Shown: positions 51,510 to 62,774, counted from the first letter of the stretch. The stretch: 64,000 nucleotides of DNA from an uncultured Phycisphaerales bacterium (GCA_963772725.1 CAVYYI010000002.1:224001-288000); one strand, 5' to 3'. Made by a program: numbers and translations. The notes: generated by a model from the sequence alone, not told the origin.

Positions 51510-53229
51510 CTATAAATCAGCCTGGGCGGTTCTCAATACTTCCTCGATAGAAACGATACCTGCTTTGACTTTTTCAACGCCATCCGACAATAAAGAAACC
51601 ATGCCATTTTCGATGGCCTTATCGCGTAAGTTTTTTCAGTGCTCGCTTTTTCGCTTATCATTTCGATAATTTCATCATTAGGCACAAATAACTCGTGAAT
51701 AGCAATTCGGCCGGTGTATCCCGTATTTCGGCACTTTTTACAACCTGTGCCGTGATAAAATTTATTAATCTGCCCCCCGATTTTTTCTGCTATTTACCTT
51801 AGCTGCAAGGCGGTTCATATTCAGATTTACAATTCGGGCAGACTTTACGCACCAGCCGCTGAGCCAGAACGCCGATCAGCGAAGCGCTGACCAGATAAGG
51901 AGCAACATTCAAATCCATCAGTCGCGTTACCGCTCCCGGTGCGTCATTGGTATGCAGCGTCGAAAGCACCAGATGGCCTGTCAGTGCCGCCTGAACCGCG
52001 ATATTGGCGGTGTCCTGGTCGCGGATTTCACCGACCATAACTATATCTGGGTCCTGCCTGAGCAGGCTTCTCAGAGCAGTAGAAAATTCAAATCCTGCGA
52101 TAGTATTAACCTGAAACTGATTAATATCCGGCATATTGCATTCCACCGGGTCTTCAACGGTGCAGATATTTACCTCATCGCTGTTTAATTCGGTCAAGGT
52201 GGCGTAAAGTGTTGTGTTCTTTCCCGAGCCGGTTGGCCCAGTAACCAGGATTATGCCATCGGGAGAATGTATAATTTCTCTGAACGATTGAAGATTGCCG
52301 TAAGAGAATCCAAGCGACTCAAGATTGAAAATTATTTTTTGCGGATTTATAATTCTTATCACAACTTTTTCGCCAAAAGTGGCGGGCATAACAGAAACAC
52401 GCAAATCAATAGCTCTGCCTTCCATCAAGACGTGTATGCTTCCATCCTGCGGCAGCCGCCGCTGTGCAATATCAAGTTCGGCCATAATTTTGATTCTTGA
52501 AACAAGGGCGGCATGCATCTGGTAAGGCGGTCTCATCTTTTCGTACATTCTGCCGTCAACTCTGTACCTGACACGCAGTTTTTTGTCGCCCGGCTCTATA
52601 TGAATATCACTGGCGTTTTCGCGCACGGCATTATAAAGCAGATAATTGACGAGTTTTACAACCGGGGACTGCCCCGCAATCTCTTCAAGATTACTTATGT
52701 CTTCGGCGATATTTTCTATCAGCGTAAAATCATCAAGGCTGCCGTCATCAATAATATCGTCGATAACAAAAACATTAGCGGCAGGTAAATATGTCTGGAG
52801 AGTAGCTTTTATGTCCTTGGCTGTTGCGCAAACAACCTGGACTTTGCACCCGCTTACGCGTTCTATCTCATCTATTAAAAAAACATTTGTCGGCTCGCTT
52901 ACGGCAACAGTGAGTGTATTATTGACCTTGAACAGCGGAAGAACCTGATGTTTTTCAAGAAATTCTCTGGGCAAAACCTCAAGGGCTTTCGCATCGCATA
53001 TTTTAGGACTAATCTGGGCATAGGGCACCCCATAAACTTCCGCCAAGGCCTCGGCAATCTGATTTTCGGTACAATACCCCATTTCAACCAGAAGTTCACC
53101 GAGCAGTTTACGGTGTCCCTTGCTGGCCTGTTCGGCAAGGGCATTTTCTATCTGTTCAGCAGTAACCACACCGTGAGCAATAAGCAATTGCCCAAGCTGA
53201 GTTTTATGTTCTACTGCTATTCGTCCCAT
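51510..53229 (-). CDS. T2SS/T4P assembly ATPase (GspE/PilB) with MshEN-like N-terminus (frameshifts near the 3' end)
   Basis: ASDIHIEP, RLPQDG, GPTGSGKN, EDPVE, RQDPD, STLHTND. C-terminus GYTGRIAIHE...SIEEVLR lies in shifted frames. Confidence 0.92.
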
Positions 53230-53282
53230 TTTTTTTCTTTCCGCGGTTTTCCTGAAATTTCAGTGAAAACGGCACATTATTT

Positions 53283-53619
53283 TTACGCAAAACTTTTTAC
53301 CGCCTGAACTAATTCCTCATAATGGTCAAACTCATTGGCAAGGCGCGTTATATCAAGAATTTTCATACAATTTGCATCGAGGCCAGCCAGTTTAAGCTGG
53401 CAGTTGTTCTGATGACAGTAATCTCGTCGCCCAGAGCAATTGTCCCAGGCCCTGGCTGTCAATAAAACCTACACCGCTCATATCGAGAACGATTCCGGAT
53501 TTACAGGCAGCAATAATGCTGTTAATTGAATTCTGGAACATCTCTACAAAATCGCCATCAAGCTCGCCTTGTAATTCCATGACAGTTACATTGTTATAAT
53601 CCTGAGTTTTGATTCTCAT
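53283..53619 (-). CDS. STAS domain protein (anti-sigma factor antagonist-like; frameshift at about 53427)
   Basis: GELD, VLDMSGVGFIDSQGL. Continues as KILDITRL after removing one base. Confidence 0.85.
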
Positions 53620-55292
53620 CTGACTAACGCTCCTACGGCAATTGCGCCGTATTTCGTAAAATCCGTATCGCTATAACCATTAATAAATCCTCCCTGCAGA
53701 ATATTCCAAAGATAATGCACATCACTGTTTATGAATACTAAACCAACTTTCTCATCAAACTGTGTACCCAAACCATCCTTAATCTGCTGAATCGCGTGCT
53801 CAACAGACATAGCTTTCCTGTAAATTCTTTCGGATGTCATAGCGTCAAAGCTGTCCGCCATGCCAACAATTTTTCCTAACAGCGGGATTTCAGCAGCGAT
53901 TAGGCTGTTAGGGTATCCTTTGCCATCCATTCGCTCATGATGACACAGCACACCTGGCACAATATCCTGCATCTGCTTTATGCCGCTGAGAATACCCGCT
54001 CCGATTGAGGGATGATTTTTAAGCTGCTTATATTCTTCCTCAGTCAGTTCTCCTTTTTTTCGCAATATTAATTCGTTAACCCCTACTTTTCCTATATCGT
54101 GGAGCAAGCCCGCCAGATAAACCTTTTGTATATCTTCTTCGCTCAGTGGTCCGTCGTACACATATCTTTCCGCAATCCATTTAGCTATGAAAGCCACTCT
54201 CTCTGAATGACCGCGAGTGTACTGGTCTTTGGCATCAATACTGTTAGTCAACGCTTTCAAAGAGCCTATAAATAATTCCTTGAGGTCGTCGAAGAGTCTG
54301 CCGTTTTCAATAAATACGGCGCAGCCGTTGGCAACCGAATTAAAAAGTTTCGCGTCCTGAGTGTCAAAATCCAGTTTACCAATCCTGTTTACCGCAATCA
54401 TAAATCCTGTTATCCTGCCGCTTTTCAACCCTTTTTCCGAGAGTCTCAGGCTGCCTTTGCCTTTACCGAATAGCGGCACGGCAATAATATTTTTTATGGA
54501 ATCAGGCCATTTATATTTGAATGGGGCATCGACTTCGCTGTCTAACAGCGCATCTTTACCCTGATTTATCTCATTAACCAGTCTGCTGTAGAGCGTGCAG
54601 GCCATGTGGCTATCTATATCAACCATTCCGGAGCCAGCCACCAGGACAAACTTTTTTTCCTCTTCTATTGTCTTTTCAAGAAGTATCGCAATACCCTCAA
54701 CTAAAACAATATCAGTCAGGCTGTCGCAGGCCATCTGGAGATAGCCGGCATCTGATTCATTCACTTTCATATTTGAACTGAGTTTGTGAAGAAGAACAAG
54801 TTCCTCATACACCTGCGCCAACTCAGTACTCACCGTTTCGATTTGCTCTTCGTTCATCGAATCGGATTGAAATTTATCGGCGAAAGAAGCCAATATTTCA
54901 CTCAGCGCATCGGGCAAAAGATGTCTCTGCGTTGATTCAAATTTATCTTCAGCGGCAGAATTTACGCCCATATCAATCATCGCCACATACTCCGGCAGGT
55001 GATGAGCCCGATACAGAATTACAGCAAGAACAGCGTTTTGCTCATAAAAGCGGCAAATATCATAATCACCGCCAAGTGCATTTTTGGGGGCATCGCAAGC
55101 CAAGATTCTCAGGCTTAGTCCGGATAATTGTTTAACATCACTTTCAAAGCGTCCGCCGCCGCTTAACAAAACCAGTTCACCGCTTGTATCAAATACGGCA
55201 AAATTGGCCTGGAATTTGTTAATTTTGAGGCCAAAACACTTTAATTTATCGGACTGTGATGCTTTCAAATTTTTCGCAATAATATCCTGCAT
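53616..55292 (-). CDS. GAF-like plus HD-GYP c-di-GMP phosphodiesterase
   Basis: DAKDQYTRGHSERV, HDIGK, HHERMDGKGYP, ADSFDAMTS. Confidence 0.92.
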   Translation of the reverse strand: MQDIIAKNLKASQSDKLKCFGLKINKFQANFAVFDTSGELVLLSGGGRFESDVKQLSGLSLRILACDAPKNALGGDYDICRFYEQNAVLAVILYRAHHLPEYVAMIDMGVNSAAEDKFESTQRHLLPDALSEILASFADKFQSDSMNEEQIETVSTELAQVYEELVLLHKLSSNMKVNESDAGYLQMACDSLTDIVLVEGIAILLEKTIEEEKKFVLVAGSGMVDIDSHMACTLYSRLVNEINQGKDALLDSEVDAPFKYKWPDSIKNIIAVPLFGKGKGSLRLSEKGLKSGRITGFMIAVNRIGKLDFDTQDAKLFNSVANGCAVFIENGRLFDDLKELFIGSLKALTNSIDAKDQYTRGHSERVAFIAKWIAERYVYDGPLSEEDIQKVYLAGLLHDIGKVGVNELILRKKGELTEEEYKQLKNHPSIGAGILSGIKQMQDIVPGVLCHHERMDGKGYPNSLIAAEIPLLGKIVGMADSFDAMTSERIYRKAMSVEHAIQQIKDGLGTQFDEKVGLVFINSDVHYLWNILQGGFINGYSDTDFTKYGAIAVGALVR

Positions 55293-55335
55293 AGTTACCT
55301 TTCAGATGGTGCTTATCGATATAATTATCGATCAT

Positions 55336-55725
55336 TTATGCGCAGCTTATGACCTTTTCATGTAAAATATCTTCAATGTTCCTTAATAATTCTTTGGGAC
55401 TAAACGGCTTACTTATACAGGCAGAAAGCCTGAGTTCCTGCTGCTTTTCCCTGTCCACGGCAAAACTTCTCGCGGTCAAGAGTATCACGGGTATATCCTT
55501 GATATTTTCCGTGAGGCGGATTTTAGCCACAAGTTCCAGCCCCGTCATAACAGGCATCTGGAAATCCGAAACTATGATGTCAGGGTTTTCCCTGCATGCC
55601 AGCTCAAAAGCTTCCGCGCCATTTTCAGCAGTTATAACCTCATAACCGTTGTTTCGAAGTTTTATCGCCACAACATGAACAATATGTATCTCATCATCCA
55701 CAACTAAAACTTTTTTAACAGTCAT
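55336..55725 (-). CDS. Single-domain response regulator
   Basis: VLVVDD, SDFQMP, LTA, KPF. Confidence 0.92.
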   Translation of the reverse strand: MTVKKVLVVDDEIHIVHVVAIKLRNNGYEVITAENGAEAFELACRENPDIIVSDFQMPVMTGLELVAKIRLTENIKDIPVILLTARSFAVDREKQQELRLSACISKPFSPKELLRNIEDILHEKVISCA

Positions 55726-55782
55726 TTTCTTTCCTCCGATATTAATTAAACACAGCCATGATTATATAGGACTGTAAAATCA

Positions 55783-57264
55783 TTATTTACCAACACCATT
55801 TTCCGCCCCTGCCGTTGCGAGGGGCAATTCAAAACCGAACGTACTGCCCAAGCCGACTTTGCTTTTGACAAACACGCGGCCATTATGGACTTTTTCGACA
55901 ATTTGTTTAACAAGATTAAGTCCAAGACCGGTACCTTTAGCGACATTTTTATTTGCCTCAACTCTGTAAAACTTTTCAAATAAATTTGGAAGTTCATTTT
56001 CAGGAATTCCTACTCCTGTATCTGTTACACTGAATCTCGCAAGCTGGGCGATTTCATCGACTTCATTGTCAATTTTTATCGAGCCTCCCGGCTTGGTGTA
56101 TTTGACAGCGTTACTGAGTAAATTGACAATAACCTGTGAAATCATATCTTTATCGGCATATATCTGGCCGAAAACAATTACATCTTTTCCCTTTTTTTCC
56201 GCATCGCCCCAGGAGACCTTGATATTTTTCTCATCGGCATAACCCTTTATCATCTGGAGTTGCTCCTCAATAAGCATCGCAAGGCTGACAGGGGTTTTTT
56301 CGACTTTAATCAAGCCGGATTCTATTCTCGAAATATTCAGGATGTCCTCGATTAAGCGGCTCAATCTTTTAGCCTGGTTCTGGATAATGGAATAAAACTC
56401 TTTTCTTGTTTCTTCGTCGTCCGCCTCGCCATCGGTAAGCATTTCAGAATAAGCCATAATTGAAGCAAGCGGCGTCTTCAATTCGTGCGAAACGTGACTT
56501 ACGAAGTCGTTCTTCATTTGCGATATTTCCTTTTCCCTGGTTATATCGTGCAGAACGGCGACAACTCCGCAAATACGTTCCTTGACTTCGTCGCGCACAC
56601 ACGAAACAAGGCAATTGAAAATCTGCCCGGTATGGAATTGAATTTCCCGCCTGGCGGCGAGTGTCTTACTCTGCCTGCATTGACGTATGAAATCCAGAAG
56701 CTCATCGGCGTAGGTCAATTCACCGACATTTTTAAGTTGTGAGTTTTTGAAATCAAAACCAAAAAGTTTTCCTGCCGTCTCATTGGCTACGAGCAACCTG
56801 TCATATTCATCAACAACAAGCACGGCATCGCAGATGCTGTATATAATCGCATCGCTGTTCCTCTTCTGCTCCCGCAAAAGCTGAACTTTAATCTGCGAAT
56901 CCCTTATCTGTGTCTCAAGTTCCTCAATGTAATTAATGTTGCCTTTGAAACGGTCGTTAATCGCTTCGGAAAGATTTTTAATCGCAGGGTTACTGTGTGA
57001 GTTAACAGACAACGATGATTTACCGTCCTTAAGTATTTGGGTTATAGAGGCGACCCCATCCGCACTGTTCAACCAATAGCGGCTAAGCCAGATCGCCCCT
57101 ATAGCCTCGACAGCAAGCAGCACAGAGGTGAGCGAATACCATATTTTCCCTGAACCTGAATATCGCCACAGGTAAAGACTCCCGATGAAAAGGCTCATAG
57201 CGACGATATCAAGTCCCAAGGCTATAATAATCGAATCAAGTTTTCTGTTTCTAATTCTTTTCAC
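55783..57264 (-). CDS. Membrane PAS histidine kinase
   Basis: Two N-terminal TMs, SHELKTPL H-box, NLLSNAVKY, DTGVGI, GTGLGL. Confidence 0.93.
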   Translation of the reverse strand: MKRIRNRKLDSIIIALGLDIVAMSLFIGSLYLWRYSGSGKIWYSLTSVLLAVEAIGAIWLSRYWLNSADGVASITQILKDGKSSLSVNSHSNPAIKNLSEAINDRFKGNINYIEELETQIRDSQIKVQLLREQKRNSDAIIYSICDAVLVVDEYDRLLVANETAGKLFGFDFKNSQLKNVGELTYADELLDFIRQCRQSKTLAARREIQFHTGQIFNCLVSCVRDEVKERICGVVAVLHDITREKEISQMKNDFVSHVSHELKTPLASIMAYSEMLTDGEADDEETRKEFYSIIQNQAKRLSRLIEDILNISRIESGLIKVEKTPVSLAMLIEEQLQMIKGYADEKNIKVSWGDAEKKGKDVIVFGQIYADKDMISQVIVNLLSNAVKYTKPGGSIKIDNEVDEIAQLARFSVTDTGVGIPENELPNLFEKFYRVEANKNVAKGTGLGLNLVKQIVEKVHNGRVFVKSKVGLGSTFGFELPLATAGAENGVGK

Positions 57265-57303
57265 ACTATACTCTCTCTAATTTTTAACAAGCCAGAGTTC
57301 CGT

Positions 57304-59113
57304 TTATCTCCTGAGCCATTTCTCGGTATCAGGTTTTTCGACCTGTTCGACGACTTTTCTTTCTATTTTTGACGCTGCCACAGGGTCAGTTTCGGCAAGA
57401 ATTCTCTCTTTGAGCCTTATGGCCTCGGTATATGTCGGGCGAAGTTCAAGCACTATGTCCAATTCATGGAGAGCTGCCTGCTTGTCGCCTTCCAGATAAT
57501 ATCTTGCGGCCTTTGCATAGCGGTCATCGGCGAGTCTACCCCTGCCAATCCACTGCTCAGCGTTCTTGGCCCCGTTCATTTTTCGGCTTATATCCTCGGC
57601 TCTGGCTAAGCCATTGAGCTGGTTCGGCTCACTAATAATATGCGGTGTGAGCAGAACAATAACTTCCTGGCGTTTGTTTGAATCACTTGTGCCGCGGAAC
57701 AATGCCCCCAGCAGCGGAAGATCGCCGAGTAAAGGAATCTGCGAGCGCGTAGTTGTTACGGCATCTCTGAAAAGACCGCCGATAACGACCGTCTGTCCAT
57801 CCTTAAGCATTATATTCGCTGTGAGTTCAGCGGTAGTTTCAGTAGGAATGCCCTCCGAATCGACAGCACCGGAACTATCCTTAGGATATATATCCATTCT
57901 GATGTAACCGTCATTAGCAATGTAAGGCCTGAAAGAAAGCTTTGTGCCGGTATCGAGAAATTTTACCTCTCCAACAGTGGCCTGACCTGTATCGGAAATT
58001 GTAGTCCTGTCTCTGTAGCCGATTTTCTGGCCAATAAATACCGTTCCCATCTGTTTATTCAGCGCCAAAATCTTTGGGCTGGCGAGAACGGTTATATCGG
58101 TAACAGATTCCAGCGCGGTTATAAATGCCGACATATCTCCGCTTGTAATACCTACACGCAGACCATTGAGATTAGTTGTAGCAAAGCCGGCTTGTTCAAT
58201 TGGAGTTCCGCCCGTACCATTGGCAATTTGTTGTATCGGAGATGTTGCAGTGGTGCCCCCTGCTGACAGTATCACCCGATACTAAGTCGCCTGTTGCGGA
58301 TGAGCCTATCAAATTAACTCCATTAAGGAGATTCCAGTCAACACCGAGTTCCATACCTTCGGTCAAAGTCGCACTTAAAATGGTAGCCTCAATAAGAACC
58401 TGCTGAGGACGAACATCGATTAGCTTTATAACATTTTCAGCTTTTGCAATATTTTCCGGGAAATCAAACATAACGATGGTGTCATACTGAGTTAAGGTGT
58501 CACCGCCGACCGTTCCGCCAACCGAACTGCCGCCTGAACCGGATACACTTCCCGCACCAAGTGAAATCCCTTTTTCCGCTGGCGAACTGGCATTAATCGT
58601 TCCACCCTGACTCTTTACGGGGTTAAGCATTTTGGACGCATCAGCGGCGCTGACATAGTAAAGCGTGAAAACCTTGTGCGTCATCCGCGACTTGTCCTCT
58701 TTGATGGCCTTATATTCCTCAGCGGTATAAACTCTGATGAAGTTGCCTTCCTCGTCATACTTGAAGTTATAACCGAGGATTGAATCAAGAGCCTCCTTGA
58801 AAGAAACGTTATAAAGGCCGCCGACTGTAATATTGCCGCTGACCTTAGGCGAAGGCACTATATTCTTTTGATACTTAACCGCCAGAAACCGTAAAGCGTC
58901 CCTGATGCTGACATCTTTTTTGAAAGTGATTGACTGAATTGAACTGTCAGCCGAACCGGCGGCGGCAATACTGCCGATGCCTTCGTTAGCATCAGAGCTA
59001 TTCGCGTCCTGCCCCGCAGCTACTGCAGCAAATATCAGAGCAAAAACAATCCCCGAAATAACAAAATTTTTACCTTCTAAGAAATCTCTGTTCTGTTTTT
59101 TGTCCATACACAT
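57304..59113 (-). CDS. Secretin (GspD/PilQ-like; frameshift near 58262)
   Basis: PQQVLIEATI, LASPKILALN, GQTVVIGGL, IPLLGDLPLLGALF, LTPHII. Confidence 0.9.
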
Positions 59114-59178
59114 AATTTAGCTCCTTTTCAAAATTAGTTTGGCAACAACACTATGCCAAAACAAAATACTATTTTTGT

Positions 59179-59760
59179 TTAATTAGCGATTTCAACCGTT
59201 TGCGCCAGCTTTAAAGCTATTTCCATTTTTCCACATCTAATATGTACCTCATCAACACCAATTTTAATTACTTCACAATCGTATATATCAATACCATTCT
59301 TAACAGAGAACTTATCACCGACATAATACAGCCTGTCGTTGATGAAAGCCTGTGACTTTGGCCCGAGTACGACGGCCTCGAGCTTTAATTTATCGCTAAC
59401 CTGCCCGCTATAAGCCTGACTGTTATTGTCTGCAGCAAACCCTCTGGTGTCGCTGCCATATAAAGATTCTTTATTAACAGTGAAAAAATCTCTGGTAAGT
59501 TTATCGTTACGTCCTTTAATCTTAGGTAATTCCACATAAGTTATTTTCAGAGGCTGTGAGACAGGCGCCACAGCGGCTTGTGTCTGAGCAATTAACGAAG
59601 CTTCAGAGGCATTTGGCCCTTTCCCACTGAGGATTCGTATCCACATAAATACCATCACGGATACCAGGCAGGCAGCCATAACAATCTTTTTCTTTTCGGC
59701 TGCTATTCGCCCCTTAAGCCCATTAATGGTATTTTTTATGTCTCCAGTATTTGATTCCAT
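59179..59760 (-). CDS. Bitopic T2SS/T4P accessory protein (GspB/PilP-position)
   Basis: Single TM, C-terminal AFINDRLYYVGD beta domain, located between pilO and the secretin. Confidence 0.6.
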   Translation of the reverse strand: MESNTGDIKNTINGLKGRIAAEKKKIVMAACLVSVMVFMWIRILSGKGPNASEASLIAQTQAAVAPVSQPLKITYVELPKIKGRNDKLTRDFFTVNKESLYGSDTRGFAADNNSQAYSGQVSDKLKLEAVVLGPKSQAFINDRLYYVGDKFSVKNGIDIYDCEVIKIGVDEVHIRCGKMEIALKLAQTVEIAN

Positions 59761-59765
59761 ATTAC

Positions 59766-60311
59766 CTATCCCCGACTACCCAGCGGTTTATAATAAACAA
59801 CAACATTTGTCCTCATACTCACATGGCCACTGTAATCGTTCTGATTTTCCAACTCTACCTCATCTATGCGGACCAGCCTGTCCAATCCCTGCATCGATTT
59901 GTAAAACTCAAATAACTGCAGGAGCTTTCCCTGGCATTGCATACTGACGGGAATACATTTTAAACCGCCGGCATCCGTTTCCTGTCCCGGTTGAATAAGC
60001 TGGCCTTTAAGGTCAAGGCGGTTCATCAAGTCAGCTATCTGCTGCATAAATTCTCCGATTTGTCTGTCAGACGGGATATTCGCATTGTACTTGCCTATAT
60101 CAGCCTGCAGTTTCGCAAATTCCTCTTTAAGTTTCGGCATTTCTGCGACTGCTTTGGAAGCTTCGGCTAATGCCGCCTGCTGCGAGGCTTTGCTGCACTC
60201 CACATCATTAATCTTTTTATGCAAAGGCCAGCATCTAAACAACAAGGCGCCTCCGACCAGTACGAAAGCCATCACACAAATCAATATCTGTTGTTTTGCA
60301 CGAAATAACAT
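59766..60311 (-). CDS. pilO: PilO-like protein
   Basis: TM, coiled coil, then ferredoxin-like domain (RLVRIDEV). pilM-N-O gene order. Confidence 0.8.
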   Translation of the reverse strand: MLFRAKQQILICVMAFVLVGGALLFRCWPLHKKINDVECSKASQQAALAEASKAVAEMPKLKEEFAKLQADIGKYNANIPSDRQIGEFMQQIADLMNRLDLKGQLIQPGQETDAGGLKCIPVSMQCQGKLLQLFEFYKSMQGLDRLVRIDEVELENQNDYSGHVSMRTNVVVYYKPLGSRG

Positions 60312-60322
60312 CCAATACCTTT

Positions 60323-61039
60323 CTAATTCACAACACTTACACTTTGAGTTTTAGCTGCAGGGCTTTGCGCATCTTCCCTGTAATTTTCAATATAACCGCT
60401 TATTTCAAACTCGCTGACGCGGGACATGTCTGTTCCCGATTTATTGGCGTCAGTTTTGTTTTCCATATTCCTTGAAAACAGCGGTAAAACTCGCCAGAAA
60501 TAAGGGGATTCCTCGAGCCTGCATATTAATTTTGCGACTCCGCCGGCATCGCGGGCCATTCCACCTAAAACAACTTTAAACCGCACCGGACCTGTATATT
60601 TTGTGTCGCTGCCCACATTTTTGACGGTTCGTACCGCGCCGGAAACATCAGACTTATTCTCGTTTTGCTCAAACTTTTCAGCCTTGAACTCGAGTTTGCC
60701 AAGCGTTATGTTATCGTCGACTAAAAAACTCGTTTCAGCTAAAACACCGGCAATATCAATTTTCGTCTTAATATTATCGAGTTCGGACGCTTTTTTCCGC
60801 AGTTGGGATATTTGTTTCTTCAGTTCTGCATATTCATTCAGCGATTTCTGACCCTGGGCATACAGGGACGACTTTTTTGAAATATCGGCGGCGGCCCGCG
60901 AGATTGAATGCATGGTAAGACCATTCCAGACCACGGCAATTGAAAATATGCAGCCTATAACTATGTATTGAGTCGTATAGCCTGCCTGCTTTCGCCTGCC
61001 GCTTCTGTACCATTCAGGAAGAAAATCAATCTCTTTCAT
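60323..61039 (-). CDS. pilN: PilN-like protein
   Basis: IDFLP N-terminal motif (INLLP-like), TM, coiled coil, LEESPYF. Confidence 0.78.
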   Translation of the reverse strand: MKEIDFLPEWYRSGRRKQAGYTTQYIVIGCIFSIAVVWNGLTMHSISRAAADISKKSSLYAQGQKSLNEYAELKKQISQLRKKASELDNIKTKIDIAGVLAETSFLVDDNITLGKLEFKAEKFEQNENKSDVSGAVRTVKNVGSDTKYTGPVRFKVVLGGMARDAGGVAKLICRLEESPYFWRVLPLFSRNMENKTDANKSGTDMSRVSEFEISGYIENYREDAQSPAAKTQSVSVVN

Positions 61040-61053
61040 AATTTCACCGTGTT

Positions 61054-62265
61054 TTATTTCACAGAACAAGTCTCAGGCATTGCGGATTTGCAAGCCCTGG
61101 ACGTATTCACGCCTTTGAGAGCAAGTCCTGTCGCTAATGACCATTCACACAGCAAGCTGCGTCTGTTACTGTTTAAAGTTACATTGGCGATATTACAGCC
61201 CCTTAATGGCTGGCCTGCCTCTATTCCAACCGTTAATTGTCGTTTTAAAACATCTGTCAGAATATTATCGTAAGCCTCACCGCCGCTTAGTGTAGCCCGT
61301 TCTACCCGCTTACCTCTGAAGGTTACAGTGTAATATCTAAGGCAAAGTGATATTTCCCTGGCCAGTTCTTCGGCCGTACCGACGATTGAATCAACTATTA
61401 CCTGTCGAGTTGCCGCATCGAGTCCCTGTTTATTGCTCGCGATAACATCAGGGCAATCCCACGCAACCTTATCGTCGGTTGCCGCTGCCGGGAACGTCTG
61501 CGGCTGCTTTTCGGTTCTGAGCGTTGCTCGCAGCATTTCAACTTCATTGAGGCTTATACCAAGTTTAGCCGCAATCTGATGGTTGAATTTTTTCCCACCG
61601 ATTGCTATTTGCTTGATAAAGCAAATTTCATTTTCACGTCCAAAAATAACTGTGGTATAATGATATCCAATATCTATGAAGACACCCGCTATTTCATTGT
61701 CTTCCTGCCGCCTGTGAAATCTCTCGAAACATCTGAACAAAGCACATGGAACGGCCTCTATCGCAACAGGCTTAAGCTGCGCCTGTTCAAGAATATCGAT
61801 ATGATTTCTTATGGCAGCACCCTTTACGGCAAATGCTATCAGTTCATTCTTTACTTCATCCCCGTTCCTTACAGTGCCCGCAAGAATATAATTAACAGCG
61901 TCCTCTTTCAGGTCCAAACCAAACCGCTGCGAAATTTCCTTGTTCAGAACATCTTCCATTGTTTCTGTTTCCATCTCCGGCAAACGGAAACCAGTTATTA
62001 TCACATCCTCGCTCGGCAGAGACGATACAACTTCCCTTCCGATGAAATTACCGTCTTCAACCATTTTGGTCAGGGCTGAAATAATCCGGGTTTTTCGTGC
62101 ATCGGCATCATCATCACCGTTATCACAGGCTATTCGAACCTTATCGGCAGCAATGACACTTATATCATCTCCAGCCGCGGCAAGTTGAAGCATCTTTATG
62201 GAGTGGTTTCCAATGTCCAATCCTATGGGCTGATGACTGCAATTTTTTAGCATCCAGTTTATCAT
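61054..62265 (-). CDS. pilM: PilM-like actin-fold protein
   Basis: IGLDIG, IDIG, LSGG, ATGLAL. Confidence 0.88.
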   Translation of the reverse strand: MINWMLKNCSHQPIGLDIGNHSIKMLQLAAAGDDISVIAADKVRIACDNGDDDADARKTRIISALTKMVEDGNFIGREVVSSLPSEDVIITGFRLPEMETETMEDVLNKEISQRFGLDLKEDAVNYILAGTVRNGDEVKNELIAFAVKGAAIRNHIDILEQAQLKPVAIEAVPCALFRCFERFHRRQEDNEIAGVFIDIGYHYTTVIFGRENEICFIKQIAIGGKKFNHQIAAKLGISLNEVEMLRATLRTEKQPQTFPAAATDDKVAWDCPDVIASNKQGLDAATRQVIVDSIVGTAEELAREISLCLRYYTVTFRGKRVERATLSGGEAYDNILTDVLKRQLTVGIEAGQPLRGCNIANVTLNSNRRSLLCEWSLATGLALKGVNTSRACKSAMPETCSVK

Positions 62266-62282
62266 TTATGTAATACCTATTC

Positions 62283-62774
62283 TCAAATTATCGAAATATA
62301 TCCCGTAACAGGCTCTACCCTAACAGTTATAGTTATCGTCCCCGCCCGGAGTGTAATAACTCCGCTATTGAGGGGATTTCCGCTGCCATTGTAAGGACTC
62401 CCGAGATAATCAAATTTTATTCTGGTGGTTGAATCAAAACTTACGCTGTTAATATCAACTTTGCTCAGTCTGCTGTCGTTCCGTAAATTCACAACATAAG
62501 CGGCCCCTCCATTGAGGGGATGCCCTATTACGCTGCCATTCTGGTCTTTTATGCTGTAGGTTTCATTTGCGGTATCAAACTCAACAGAATAAAGCTGTCC
62601 TGTGGTAATAGCCATACTTTTGGCATACTCGAGGTCAGCGGCAATCATATTGGCGGCACTTTTAATCTGCATATTGGCCGCGGAACCAGCCATTGGAATC
62701 GCCACCATCGCCGCAATGGCAAGTATCACAACAACCACGAGGATTTCTACAAAAGTAAAGCCTCGCTTAGTCAT
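62283..62774 (-). CDS. GspH/FimT-like pseudopilin
   Basis: Prepilin motif KRG|FTFVEILVVVVIL, ADLEYAKSMAI. Start codon uncertain. Confidence 0.88.
   Translation of the reverse strand: MTKRGFTFVEILVVVVILAIAAMVAIPMAGSAANMQIKSAANMIAADLEYAKSMAITTGQLYSVEFDTANETYSIKDQNGSVIGHPLNGGAAYVVNLRNDSRLSKVDINSVSFDSTTRIKFDYLGSPYNGSGNPLNSGVITLRAGTITITVRVEPVTGYISII

Noticed and set aside
18450..59113. Widespread pseudogenisation (gnd, tsaD, aminotransferase, oxidase, ATPase, STAS, secretin)
   Set aside because: The lesions are isolated small indels in otherwise conserved genes, including normally essential tsaD. Sequencing error is the simpler explanation.
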